DNA of 64,000 nucleotides from Takakia lepidozioides (GCA_030704615.1 CM060734.1:30132001-30196000), one strand, 5' to 3'; positions 38,601-52,423 are shown, counted from the first letter of the stretch. Made by a program: numbers and translations. Notes: generated by a model not told the origin, from the sequence alone.

Positions 38601-39149
38601 CTAAGACCTTTAATTTCCTGATGCATTTGTGGTTCCTGGCAGTGAGCCTCAGGTAAGTTACGATAATTTAGCTAAATTATAGTGCAGCCGGTCTGTTATG
38701 GCCTCATACCGCTTACAGATTCCTCTCACCAGGTGATCTACCCATGCCTCATAAAGGTCACAACGCTAGCAAGAAGGCAACAGATTTGTGGTGCAATGAT
38801 GCCAGCATTATAAACCCCCCAACCTAAGCAACACAGCAGCTTGATGTAGGGCTTAAACGCTCGAATCTGTCCATACAGCTGCAGCCAAAGGCACGAGCGC
38901 TGAAGAACTGGAAGAATGAACAAATGACGCTCAATTCTAATGCAAAACGCACAAGCAGATTAAAACATACACTTAGAAATGGCACTCCAGCCGAACCAGA
39001 GATTTAAAAAACCGCGGACATCAACCCAATCAAATGCCTTCAAGTGCAGATGCATATAAGGGGCCAAAACATGGACCCACCCATGCGAAGATCGAAAACG
39101 CTAGAATGGAGAGTGTCAGAAGCAGTCCAGCTTGCGCCGTCCTCCTCAT
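35700..39149 (-). CDS. Secretory-pathway cyclophilin, copy 3, 204 aa
   Basis: Exons 39081-39149, 38304-38379, 38153-38200, 37662-37685, 37191-37373, 36572-36647, 35700-35838; same architecture as copies 1 and 2; [23 protein letters not shown]...DSGQLPI*. Confidence 0.94.
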
Positions 39150-42100
39150 CCTGCTCCACCTCACTCCCTCTCTGTCTTCCCTCTTCTCACATGTGCGATC
39201 TCCGTTTCACGTGGATGGCGGCACTGTACCCAGCCATCTGGAGAAACAGAACGTGGTGAAGCGGCCTACGTGCCGGTGCTTGTAGAGGGATCTTAGTACA
39301 ATGCTGTCGTGGTGCTGCGATCCCTTCAGATATACGTCATCCTCCGCTCATCTCCCTATTCTGTTACATTTGGTTTTCTGAAAACGAACAGATGCCGTGT
39401 ATATTACACCTGTGGGCCATGCATAGGTACTTCTGTACATGATTCAGACACGATTCAAACAGCCTATGGTAACAATATGGATTCTTTGAAATCGGGCCCT
39501 TCTCCACAGTGAGGCGGGTGTTGCCCCACCTTAGCTTGTAGTCGAAATGTCCAAACAAATTGGAGAATTGCGATCCTTTCTCTTCTGTATTTCTGTTTCG
39601 GACAGTGGTCGGAAGAGCAGGGGGCATCCTGGATGCATCTTGCAACGCAACGCGCACAACAGTACTTTCCACCGTCACACCATCCCTCCACCGATTCTGC
39701 GCTTGACCTAACACTCCGCAAGCTGATGCGACAAGAGCCGAGGGACAGCCCATCCATCTCTCGGACGAATGTCATCCATGCGGACGAGTGAAACATGGTA
39801 CGTGTCCACACGAACCGCGACACAGACATCCCGGGATTGTCGTGGCTCGTCCTCTGCCACATGGCAATGCACAAGACCAGTCTGAGAGACAACGTGTGCT
39901 CGCGTGAAATAACCCAGAAAATTCCGCCGTGTGAATGCGGTTCTGTTTACCAACTTTATCCACTACCCTCCACCACTCACCAGCTGCCACCTGGTCCATG
40001 GATTGTTCCTCCGTAGATTCTGCCACATCAGCAAAAAAGCATATTAATTATAATGCATAATAGCGTATACACTATAAATGGAAACAAAGTGGAGAAAAAG
40101 GGATCATACGTATTGGTACGGTGGTGAAGACCTAAAAACCTGCTCACAATTATTGCAATTTCGGATTCGGCAGCCATAAAAAGACAACCAAATTGAAAGA
40201 AAATTCAGCAGGTGAAAAGGTTAAAAGCTGAAAATCATGAGAAATACCTGGGCATCAGCTCTGCTCTGCCCACAACCTGAATCGATTTCCTTTCATTGAG
40301 CCCAATCATAAACGTGTCAGATTATCTCTCTCAAAATCAAGTCTGCAACAGTGCAAACGCACCAAACAGTCGTGTTTCAGTGACGTTCGAACTATCTTTC
40401 CATTGACATATTCTTTGAGTGAACTGATTGGGTAACTACTTACGGGATAGAAAGGTCCTTCCACTTTTGACCGGAAGATGCTTCCATCACCTTCTCAGCA
40501 TACATTATAAACCTTTTTCATTGCACGGTTTGAGCCTTGCAGTCAACAAAGTGACTCTACGATGTGCCATTTGACAATTGTGTAGCAAATCATGTTGCAC
40601 TAATGAAGCCACAAAGCCCTCACTTCGTGGAAGAGAATCTTTGTGCAAGAGAGTCGCTGGGGCAGAAGTTGCTACAGAAATTGTGAGAAAGAGGCGAAAG
40701 AAAGCAGCAGTGCAGGTGATGTCCTACTTTGCTAGAACCCGATCGATCGATCGATCGAGAGAGAGAGAGAGAGAGAGAAGGTGAGAAGCTGTGTGCACCA
40801 CCTTTTTGTCAGTTAGGCCGCGCACAACACAACGCACCCTGCCTTGTGAAGGATTCGCGAGTTGGAATCCACAGCCTGCGCATATTGCAGGCAGTCGTGC
40901 GATTAGGTTTTGGCGTCTTGTGTCGACTGTGTGAGTTCGAGTCCCGACCATATGGACGAGCATTCAGGTTTCTACCACGAAATTTGCTGGAGTTCCCTGA
41001 GTTACTGCGACTTTGCGGGTTCCAAGTGTGCAGCAAGTGAGTTACTTTAACGGAAATTTGGGAACGGGAGAAGGCCTGCCACCTGTCGGGCTATAACCGA
41101 CACTGCTAGAGCCGGTTAGCCGGTCAGCGCCCTAGAGCGACGCGGTAATAGGCCACCGGCGGGCGACTGGGGGGGGGTACCAGGCGCCCCACCGTCGCCC
41201 GAGTTTCGCCAAGTTATAATTTTGGTTAGGATACGTGTTAAAAAGCTCAGTTTACGCTTTAAAAATAGCCGTAAATTCTCGCTGTTTCTGGCGATTCCAC
41301 TTCTCGGCGTGCGCCACGCTCTCTTCAGCCCCTCGCGACCGCACGTTTCGGTGGGCGGACGGTCCTTGGGCTGTGGAGGCGAATGGGGGCTCTTTGCTCT
41401 CTCGTTGCTCTTGCGTCCCATCCGCAGCGTCCGTGAGGGATTGCGGCATTACTTAATTGAAGACGTGTCAGACGATACGACTAGTATATTGCAGCGTATG
41501 GAACTTTTGCATATTTTATGAAATCCTGTCTCCGAATCTTGCCTCTCTTTCTCGTTGCTCTGTGCTTTCTCACGAACCTCTTGCCCGCCCAGCGATTGTC
41601 ATCTCCTTGTCTCGGGTTTAATGGATATCGCAGTTCTCTTAGTGTGTTTTGATAATTATCAATGCTCGAAACGCTGTGATTATGTGAGTGAGCTTCTTCC
41701 TCCTCGTCCGGCTTTGTTTTTGCAATTCACAATCATGAGTGATCGTTGCATGTGGGAGAACTTGGAGGTTTTGATCATCTGACTCACATGTGGCCATTGA
41801 TGCCTACGATTGAAGACATGTTCCTTGCGGAGAAGATATATCATGTTTTCAAGTTTTTGCAGCAGTGCAATTTGCTGTTCAAATTTGTTGTACATTTAGC
41901 ACTCTGCATGAGCTGGAGGCGTTCTGTACTAGAAAGGTACAAAGGCGTCGTTACAGTAGAATCCTCTGAATGCATCTTACCTCACAATTCATTTTCATTG
42001 GAGATAATCTCTTGGGTCATCTTCTTTTGTGACGTGAAGAATCCCAAATTTAGATGGAGGCTCGGCTTTGTGGTGTTTGGGTTCAAATTCCCCGTGCACA

Positions 42101-43024
42101 CTTCTGAACGTACTTCTGAGCTGATGACTGAGACAGCCTATGATGAATTCTGTGCTATCTTGCAGGAGACCGTTCAGGGAAGAGATGTGCCGTCCTTGAT
42201 TAGGATTTATCTTTGAGATGCAAGCCCTCTGGAAGAGGTGGAGTGCCTCTGGTAATTTCCGGGAGTTCAGGACACATCTAGACGAGCAGTTTTCATTCGA
42301 GCGGGACCGCATAGGGTGGAGCTGCATGCCGGTTTTTGGTGTTGAACGAATAACTGTAGTTTAGATTAAGAGCAGATTGAACCTACAAGAAACTGGTTAA
42401 ATGGATCTCAACATAGGGGCTGGAGTACAAGATGGGGCAGCACCGGTTGATGTGGGGACATAGAAGTCAAGCTCAAGCTACTAGAATCTCCTTGAAGCAA
42501 ACCAGCGAGAGACAGGTTCAGCAGGATCCGCACTCACAAGGCTGGATAGTGTACTGGACCAGACTCGATTTTGGCAGGAAACAGGTTCCTTTAGAGTATG
42601 GACTTTTTGTGCCTGCGCAGTCAGGCTGCCTTGCAAGCTTGGTTTTGGGAAATTGCGAGTCGGTGAGTGATCAGCATAGTGTGGGATCTGTACGCTTTTG
42701 TCTCAAGGCGGTCACACCTTGGCGAATTTTGTAGTTCAGTTGATGATACATGACACGGCCATTATTGCCTTTCAATTGCAAACACACGGTTTTCGTGACA
42801 ATTGCAGAACTAGGATTAGTAAAATGCGCATGTAGAGAAGCTCGTTCCCAAAAAGCAAGTCTTAAAAATATCTCACAGACAGAGATCTATCGTCTGAAAG
42901 GACAGCCGTGGCTTCTGGATGCTATTGATGGAATCTCTTCCGCCAAGAAGTGCGGGAAGATCGTCAACCTCTCAGGGATTTCACTGGTAACTTGTGAAGG
43001 TTTGAGGTAATTTCACAAGCAGCT

Positions 43025-46000
43025 ATGTCTGGATTGACTTGGAGAATTTGGCCATTTGGCTGCATCGGAGCCTTCTTCTTCTTTCTACTTTTACAATCAC
43101 AGCCAGAAGTTGGACGGCAGACTTCATTAACAGGTTTGGGAATGACATACTCTCAATGTGTTTGTATGAGAGAGCACCGCTTTTTGGAGGGAAAGGAACC
43201 CACTGCATTCATTTCCATATTTTTTATTCAAAGGGTGGATTAAGCCAGGAGAGAGAGGTGAGATCACTTGGTAACTACAGGTCAATGACTCCTGGGGCTT
43301 CCTTTGAGCTTTATCAAGACCTTTATCAGGAGTGCTATTCGAATGGTTGATTGTATCTTAGAGTATGCATCTTCAGGAGTGTCTCTTGATACTGATCTTA
43401 GGGAGGAAGCTTCGGCGAAGGGAATGCTGGTTTGAGTGTAGTTTTCATTTTCCCATGAGTCTTACTCGTTGTCAGAAGGGGGGAGTTAATTATGCTTCAG
43501 AGTCTGCTTTTTCTACAGGGTGCTGATAGTAGGGAGGAAGGAGGGGATCCATTCAGTAGGTCTAGATCATTAGAGTCATTTTTGCCCTTGTCACTAAAAC
43601 ACTTTGTAAAGTAAATGAAGAGTGAATGTCAAGCTGAAATACAGTGTGGAAGGTTCATACTAAAGTTATTAGTTTCCCTCACAACTCACAACATCATGAT
43701 CTCTAGGACTAACCCAAGTTGGAAACATTGCATGTGCTTGCTGGAATTTGCAGTCTCCGTGTCACATGGTAGACACTTTCTTCAACAGACTCCTGCTGCC
43801 AGTACGACTCCAACTCGTTTGTCTGTGCCAGTATCAACTGTGTCCCAGGGCCCTCCTCCTGGCATATCTCCTTCCTCTTTGATAGTCTCACCACCACCCA
43901 CACCTGTCCCTCCCAGTCTCCCTTCTCCATATTTATCTGCACCTCCTTCTCCACCCTCACTAACGCCTACGAGCCAAACGGCCAGCACCCCTACTAGCAG
44001 CCCCCACTCTTTAGTTACCTCCTCCAGTCCGTCCCCTATGCTTTCCACTCCCTCACCTCCCTCTGCAAGTCCTCAATCTCCACCCTCACCAATCCCCCCT
44101 CAATCTCCCTCTCCTGCTCCATCTCCCTCTCCTGCTCAATCTCCCTCCCCTGCTACTCTCCCTCCATCTCCACCACCTGCAATATCCCCTTTGTCAGCTC
44201 CACCATCACCACCTCCGCTTGCACCTGTCCCAGTGGGGAGCCCCCCTTCGACCCCCCCCTCTGTTCCAGCTCCTTCTCCTGCAAACTCCCCCACACCTGT
44301 TGTGTTCTCTCCTCCAACTCCATCCCCAAGTACCGGGCCTTCTGTATTCCCCCCCGCACCTCAGGCTCCCTCATCCTCCCCTCCAACCTCAAACCCAGTT
44401 CCATCCCCCATTTCTCAACTCGCTCCTGCCCCACAAGCACAATCCCTGACGCCCCCGTCTTTCTCGCCTATACCGACACCCTCACCAGCTCTCTCAACTC
44501 CACCAACTTCTGCGCCTCCTGGTCCGTCTGAACATTTAGTCCCAGCCCCAGTCCCAGCAACCTCATTGGCACACACTCCTCCAGCACGTTCACCCACATC
44601 GACTGCTTCTTCTCCTTCTCCAGGGTTGCTTGTCCCTTCTCCAGGTACGATTCCTCTTTCCTTACATGTCATTTTCTCTGCTTGTGAGGATATCGGGGTT
44701 CATGCCGTGGTTGCCTGGGTTGGGGTCACTACCAACATTCACATTCCATGCAACAGAGATACAGTAGATCAACCTATACTGACTCAATGAAGTACCAAGC
44801 AAACCAGCTGCTCTTTAAGACTTCTCTAAGGGATGGAGTAACTGTTCTGATGTACTTGTCTCTCCCTTCTCCCTCAAAACCTGACATAGGTTTTATGTAC
44901 ACAGAGCTTGGATAAGCCTATAACTGGATCTCTCTCCCACTTGCCCTCTGCTATGCTTCCTTGTTTGTTTCTAATTATTGACCGCAGCCAGCTTATTCGG
45001 TAATTTCTGGGACACGTGATGTGCTTGGTTTTATCAGCTTGACTGCTGGGGCTTTGGAAGGGGTTATGGTGCGGATTTCCTAAGAGTATCATCAAATGAA
45101 GCAACTCTGGCATCCTTTGCCAACAGAAGAGACACTGCATCTGATGTTTCTGTGAATATTGTTAGAGTTGCAGCTGAGAAACCCGCTGTTAAGTTACTGC
45201 AAGTTGAGTTTCCAGCCTCTTTGTCACAGACTGAGGAGATGTACGTGATGATATATTTTGCAGCGTTTCTTGCTTCCAGTCCTGTGGAATCTCCATCACC
45301 CCTGGGCTCTCTCTCACAGCATGGAAAACCAGCAATTGGGGGGCCTGTGGCTGGCAAGGGCAGCCATAAGAGTTTGGGGTTGATTGTTGGTGTCTCAGCT
45401 GCTGCAGCAGCTCTTTTTATCCTTATATGCTGTCTCATGTGGAAGTTCATCCCCATGCTTGGAAAGGAGCTCAAGACTTCTGAATCTACCAGCAAAGGTA
45501 TGACACTTCCTGCCATTTTTTCCTTCTTTCCACCCAGTTCGGTTTGTTCAAGACTAATATCTCTGTGCTGCAGTTTACGAGGGAAAAAAGAGCGGTGATG
45601 AAGTTTGGCTGCGTTGTGTAGTTCCTTGGCCAAGCTGCTTTTCGTGTGCTTGTTTATTTAGTGATCCCTCAGAAAAGAAATTTTGCAATGTAATATCTCA
45701 CTACCATCAAGGGTAGTGCGACATTTAGACTTGCTATAAGTGTTGTGGTGGTGCTCAATTGGTGGAGACATTCCTCACACAAATGGGAGAGCAACTGCTT
45801 TGGTGGCCTCTGAATAACCATGTTGAGTTGTGTATGCCACCATGTAAGTTTGTTTATCTGTCTTGCTTTCTCGCATTTTGTCCCATAAGCTCCATGAGCT
45901 TTCCGCGGACGTTATAAAGCACCATTTCATTTCATTTCATTTCTCATTTGATGGCATTCATTGTGTGGCAGTGAGTGCTGTGGTAAGTCTTGAGCCAGTG

Positions 46001-48873
46001 ATTTCAACCAAAAGAATTGGACAACATGATAAGTCAATCCCTCGCCCTTCAAATACCCGAGAATTTTCTTATGAGGAGTTGCGGGAAGCTACGAGTGACT
46101 TTGCACCATCATTTTTCATTGGAGAAGGAGGGTTTGGCAAAGTGTACAGGGGTGTATTGGAAGATGGGACAGAAGTAGCCATCAAGAAGCTTACAACAGG
46201 TGGTCACCAGGGAGATAAGGAATTCTTGGTGGAGGTTGAGATGTTGAGCAGGCTGCATCACCGTCACTTAGTCAAATTGCTGGGTTTCTACTGCTGCCGT
46301 GAACCTCTTCAACAACTGCTGTGCTATGAGTTAGTCCCTAATGGGAGTCTTGAAGCCTGGCTGCATGGTAATTATGTTTGTCTGTCCTTCGGTCTGCTAT
46401 TGATTTGGACTTCAGCATATATGAATAGGCCACTTTATGCTGAAGCATGGCGCCAGGCAAAGGACCACTTTTCACCATTGGGCCCACACTACATTTATGA
46501 CACTGTTCTTGTTTTTTTCTGCTTGATGTTTTTATAGATGCTTATGTGTGTGAATTTCTAACAAGTTGGTTGCAATCTGCTGGTGAGTGGACAGGATCTT
46601 TAGGTGCAACACGTGGTCCACTGGACTGGCCCACGCGAATGAAGATTGCTCTAGGGGCAGCAAGGGGGCTGGCTTACTTGCATGAGGACTCTCAGCCTTG
46701 TGTGATCCATAGAGATTTTAAGGCCTCTAATATTTTGCTGGAGTATAACTTCAATGCCAAGGTAGCAGATTTTGGACTTGCTAAGTTGGCACCTGAAGGC
46801 CAAAGCCATTATGTATCAACGCGTGTGATGGGCACTTTTGGGTAAGTTAAATGCTACTTACATAAGTCTTGTGGTGGAACTTCTGGTGTCTCTCCCCAAT
46901 CCCTCTGTGGTCTCTGCTCATTGTCTCCCTCCCACTGAATATTTCCTCTCCCGACCAAACTTCGAAATTGGTCTTTTGCAAAATGTGCAGTGGTCTCATA
47001 GCTGCTTAACATTGGATGATCCAGTGGCAAGTCGGTTTCATAATGTGCATGCATGGTCTATGTTGTTGTCTTGTAAACCAATAGACATGGAAATTATAGT
47101 CTTTTTGATTCCAGATGTGCTCCTGAAAATCTCTTTTCGTACTTTGCTACTGATGTCTGAAACTAAGTCTTAAGTATATGTGGCAGATATGTTGCTCCAG
47201 AGTATGCGATGACTGGGCACTTGTTGGTGAAGAGCGATGTGTACAGCTATGGAGTGGTGTTGCTTGAGCTTATTTCTGGGAGGAAGCCGGTTGATTATAA
47301 CCAACCCCCGGGGGAAGAAAACATAACGGCATGGGTGAGTACTAGGCCTTTCTTGTCAGCAATGATTATACAGAATATTAACGCAGTAGTACAATCCAGC
47401 AACCAGACTGGATACCGTAAAGTACCTTTCTTGGACACATCAACCCACGGCAATGGAGTTGTGACCAGATAATGCTGTTTGAGGTCCCAGAACCTTTTGG
47501 TAAAGCATTGAACAAAAGCCAGTAGCTGCAAGAGAATTAAGATTGCTCTTTAAGCTTCAGGATATAATGGGAAATCTTTCTGGTGGAAACTGGGATAGGT
47601 TTTAGAAGAGGAAAGGAAGATGAAAAAGAAAAGGACAGATTTATACTGTCCACAGGCCCTCTTGGGACAAAGTAGAACCACAAGAAAGGAAACATCAAAC
47701 AAGGCCCAAAGACGAATGTGCCTCATGCAGGTGGGCTTAGGCACTTTGGTCCTCAAAGCTGAAAGCCTCTGCGAAAGTGGAAATCAGAGAATGTACTGAT
47801 AAGACGCTGTTTGCTGTAGCCTTGTGGCCAGAGGCCCTGTGCGCAGTTTGGATGGAACAAGAGGGAACAGACACTACCTTTGTGGTGATGGGCTCACTTC
47901 GGTAGGGGGACTTACCTTGATATAAACAATTAGAAAGCCCTTCACACAAGCATTCAATCTGCTGTGCATGAGCTGCCCAGCAACGACCCCAACGGGACCA
48001 GGGCTTTCGGCTCAGCCTCGAGATTTTGAAAGTTGGTGAACAGAGGTGCAGGGATTATGATCTTGATGGTCCTGAAGAGGGTCGCTCTGTGACAAGAATA
48101 CCCGGGACATTGTATCAGAAATTGGATATTGTCTGAAGTCAGGCCACCCGCACATCTGGCATTGACAATCTCCCTTTCCTCCCTGCGTCTGTTTGTGGTT
48201 CAATGGTAGACTTCCCGCCCCGAGCTTAAATTTTGGTCTAGTGCTGAGGGTAGGTAGGCCCTTCAGGTTATCCTTAAGGTCCTCACCCATGTCACAAACT
48301 GGAAACAAGTTCAGGGAAGTTTTATACCGACATGGCCTTAGACACTTCAGCCTCCAAGTCAGCTTCATCTAGGTACTTGAAAATCTCCTCTACACCAGGA
48401 CTTAGCCTGTTTAACAGGACAGTCTTAAATAGAGTCAATCGTCTTAGGGTATCTGGGATGAGGCCTGCGATTCAACGGACCCCACCATGTGACCTTGAAC
48501 TCATTAATTTGAGAGCTCAAGGGTGGTACGCCAAATTCGCCCTGAACAGCCATGTTAGCTGTCCTAGAGCACGCTGACATGCTCTTGAGGACCAAAAGCT
48601 GAATGGATTCTAAAGTCTTAGCATGGTTGGAGTCACCCTACCACTTGGCAGATGTGTACTCCAAGGTAGGCCTGATAATGTTGTAAAGTGTGGTCCTTTA
48701 CAGCTGAGGTATTAATCCCTCTGCAGTGGAAAAACCCTCTCTCCAGCCAAGGGTATCTTAAATATTGTTACAGACAAGGGCAAGGACCTCTACCACAGGA
48801 TCGCCACCAGAGAGCCACAGAGAGATTGTACTCATAAGACGTTGTTTGCCGTAGCCTTGTGGCCATTGAGAGC

Positions 48874-48908
<35 letters not shown>

Positions 48909-51900
48909 TACTCATAAGACGTTGTTTGCCATAGCCTTGTGGCCATTGACCCCGTGCCCAGTTTGAGCAGAACACAAAGGTACAGAAACTACCTTCATCA
49001 GGGGCTGACGGCGGTAGTATGACTTACCTTGGAACAGACAATTCATCCGAGTTTTCCATCCTCTAGAAATCCCTTTACCCAATAACTAGGCCCTAAAAGG
49101 GCCTGGGCTTTTGGCTCAGCCTCGAGAATTTTGAAGTTGGTAAACAGAAGCACAGGAACAAATCCCTTGATGGATTTGAAGAGGGCGTCTCTATGGTGAG
49201 AGTACCCAGGACAATGAATCAGAAAGTGGATATTGTCTTCAGGTTGCCCACACAACGGGCATTTGCAATCCCCCTTTCCTCTCTGCATCTGTTTGCTGTT
49301 CAAAGGTAGGCTTCCCACCCCGAGTTTAAATTTCAGTCGAGTGCTGAGAGTGGGTAAACGAGGTCATCTATGATGGCCTCACCCATGTCACAGACTGGAA
49401 ACAAAGATCAGGGGAGTTTTCTGCCGGACTTGATTTTCATCAGACAATTTCCTGGCAACGGACATGGCTTTGGACACTACAGCAGCTGAGTCAGATTTAT
49501 CCAGCAGGGTCAAGACTTGCTGACTTAGACTCAGATCCTTCAAAATCTCTTCTACCCTCTTCCACCAGGACTTAGCCTCTTTGACAGGGCGATCCTGCTT
49601 GCAACATATAGAGTCGATTAACTTAGGATTTCTGATATTAGTCATACGTTGCTGATCCCACCATCTGACCTTGATCTCAAACAGCTATATTAGCTGTTTT
49701 GGAGCATGCTGACATGCTCCCTTGAGCAGCCCCATTTGAATGGATTCTAGAGACTTAGCCTTGTTGGAGTTATCAACCCACACTGCAGATGTGTACTCCA
49801 AGGCAGGCCTAATAATGCGGCAAAGCATGGTTTTTTTTACTTCAGAGTTGATCCCTCTGCAGTGGAAAAACTTAATGAGCCAAGGTATGTGTAGGAAGGG
49901 AGGACTGGAATCTCTTGACTTCCCCACTGCGACTTGAGATCGCCTCCTCCCTCCCCTCGGTTGTTGAATGCCATCACTGCGCATTTACTGACGTTAGCCT
50001 TTAGCTCCCAAAGGTCAAAGTATCTCTCCGCGCAATCAATCAACTCCTGAAGATTGGATGGAGTCTCCCCTATGCATGCGAAGTCATTCGCAAACAGGTC
50101 TGGTATGGTGGCATCACCCACCCTTAACCCAAATCCCTCACTTCCCACATCCTTGAGAAGTTGATACAGAGGTCTAACTTCTTTGACATAGACCAAGGTG
50201 TAGCTCAAGGATGTACCCTCTCCCCTCTGCTCTTCAATGTGGTCTTCAGTCTCGCTCTGGTGAGGCAAGAAATGAAGTCGAAAGAGGGGTGGACTCTTCG
50301 GAGAGCTTCGTATCCTCTGTGGCTGACAAGATCATTGGGACGAATGAGCTGTCTGCGGTAGAGCTGTTAATTGGTGGACGAATGAGATCAAACTCAAGAT
50401 AACCGAGAGACGAGTCCTCTATAAAGAGTGCTGCGTTATGAAAGTCAACAAATTATTGTGGGCTAGGTACTACCAGATCCGCAAAGATATCAATCAGCTC
50501 ATAAGGTCTCAGAAGAAATTATATTGGGACAGTGAAATACAGTGAAATAACTCTCACCATGGTGGTAATGACAAGAGATTCTGGCTGGCCCTTCAACGTC
50601 TGTACAAGCTGAAAATTTGTCAGCAAGTACAAGTGCTGAGGACTACTAAGGGTGCAGTGGTGACTTCAATGGTTGGACTGCGCGGATCATATCTTCACTA
50701 TAAGCCAGATTATCCAGGAAAGGGATAAAGAAGGGAAACCCACTTTTGTCTTTTTTCCGGATGTCAAAAAGGCTTATGACACTGCGTGGAGAGATGGTCT
50801 ATGGCTCTGACTCTGGTCACCTTGATCGATGTGGAGAGTGGTCCATAACTTGTATGCTCGCACTAAAAGCTGTGTCACTGTTGGGAACGAATGGACAATG
50901 TGAGGGAGAGCCTCTTGCAAGGACTCAGCCTTGACCTCTTAATTTTAGAATTTTTGTATGTGCCACTTCTGGATCGAACAATCACAGTTCTATTGGTGTT
51001 GGGGAAACACCTTTGGGATCTCAGTCCAAACCAGAAAGTGGTCAGAGGTACCAATATCAGTTCTGTCAATCATCACATTGGCACGTGGGGAAACAAATTC
51101 TTGTCCACTATGATATAATCCACAATGGATTGTTCCCCAGTTTGGGCTTTCTCACGAGTCCACTGCACAAGGTCTCCTTTTGACCTATTATTCAAGGTCA
51201 AAAGCTGAAGTTCTTCCAGACAGCTTATTAACCCTCTTCCATTAGAATTCAGTTCGTCCTCACCAAAAGGCCCAATGGTATCATCCTGGTGAATACCTTT
51301 CCCTCCTGGGCATTGAAGTCATCCAATAAGACAACCTGGCCTTCGGCGAGGAACTTAGCACAGTCCAGCTTTACGTTCTCGAAGGCTATATCTGCGTCAG
51401 CACTAAGGGTCCCCGCTGTGGGCATGTAAACACAACTCACAAAGAGGTCACGCCGCCCTTCATTTCAGTTTCAGCCAGATACTGTGCTCATACCGCAAAT
51501 CCTTGTTGATAATTTCACAATTGTCAGAGGCCACCTTAAGTGCACACATCTGGCCGAACCACCTATAACCAGAGAGAGAGAGTGAGAATGTACTGATAAG
51601 ACGTTGTTTGCCGTAGCCTTGTGGCCATTGACCCTGCATTCAGTTTGAGCGGAACACAAAGGGACAGAAATTACCTTTGTCAGGGGCAGATCGCGGACGG
51701 TGGTAGTATGACTTACCTTGGAACAGCCAATTAATCCGAGTTTTCCAGAGATCCTCTAGAAATCCCTTCACACAAGCATCAATCTTCTGTGTGTGGTTTG
51801 CCCAATAACTAGGCCCTGGCTCAGCCTCAAGACTTTCAGAGTTGGTAAACAGAGGTTCAGGCACAACCCTTGATGGATTTGAAGAGGGCACGTCTCTCGT

Positions 51901-52423
51901 GAGAGCACCCAGGACAATGAGTGAGAGAGAGAGAGAGGTTTCTTGCTAATGAAGACTCTTGTGCTGTTGTCTGTGACAGGCCCGCCCCCTATTGAATGAC
52001 AGGAATGCCCTGCCTGAGCTGGCAGATAGGCGCTTGCGTGGCAAGTATCCCCCTGAGGATTTTGCACAGGTAGCTGCCTTAGCAGCAGTTTGTGTGGCAC
52101 CAGAGTGGAGTCGGAGGCCCACGATGGGGGAGGTTGTTCAGACACTGAAAATGGTGTGTCAGTCAAACTTGTATGGATTTAGCAGTGATGCAGAGAGAGG
52201 ACTTAGCACCGAGGGAGCGGGTGATACGCCCACCTCTACAAGTGGCTCGAACATGTCGTTTGCAATCAACTGGCATATGAGTAGGCATGCATCAGCCAAC
52301 TGTGAGTCCGATCAGTCATCATCGATGTTCTCATCAGGCCCATTTTCGGGTTTGGCTGGGATAGAAAATGATCCCTTGTCAAGAACTACTATTATCTCTG
52401 AAGATTTGCAAGAAGGGAGGTAG
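43025..52423 (+). CDS. Pro/Ser-rich extensin-like receptor-like kinase (At4g02010/ALE2-related, often annotated PERK-like)
   Basis: Exons 43025-43133 (putative signal peptide, least certain), 43754-44644, 45264-45497 (TM helix), 45972-46367, 46595-46841, 47187-47334, 51980-52423. Kinase motifs [31 protein letters not shown]; C-terminus [11 protein letters not shown]...SEDLQEGR is typical of the At4g02010 clade. Confidence 0.9.
45879..45945 (+). mobile_element. 3' end of a retroposon with a (CATTT)n tail
   Basis: tgtcccataagctc..tgagctttccgcggacgttataaag.accatttcatttcatttc; the same end recurs at ~57676-57740, ~57770-57822 and ~58129-58182. Confidence 0.75.
47786..51938 (-). mobile_element. 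Cluster of at least four nested or truncated copies of an APE-type LINE (RTEX-like) with a (CT)n tail, in the last RLK intron
   Basis: APE motifs (VYMP, DDFNA, 50900-51450), RT motifs ([36 protein letters not shown]) and C-terminal [18 protein letters not shown]. The same 3' end (ggccacaaggcta..gcaaaca.cgtctta..agtaca.tctct) occurs at ~47786, ~48820, ~48905 and ~51585. Confidence 0.88.
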
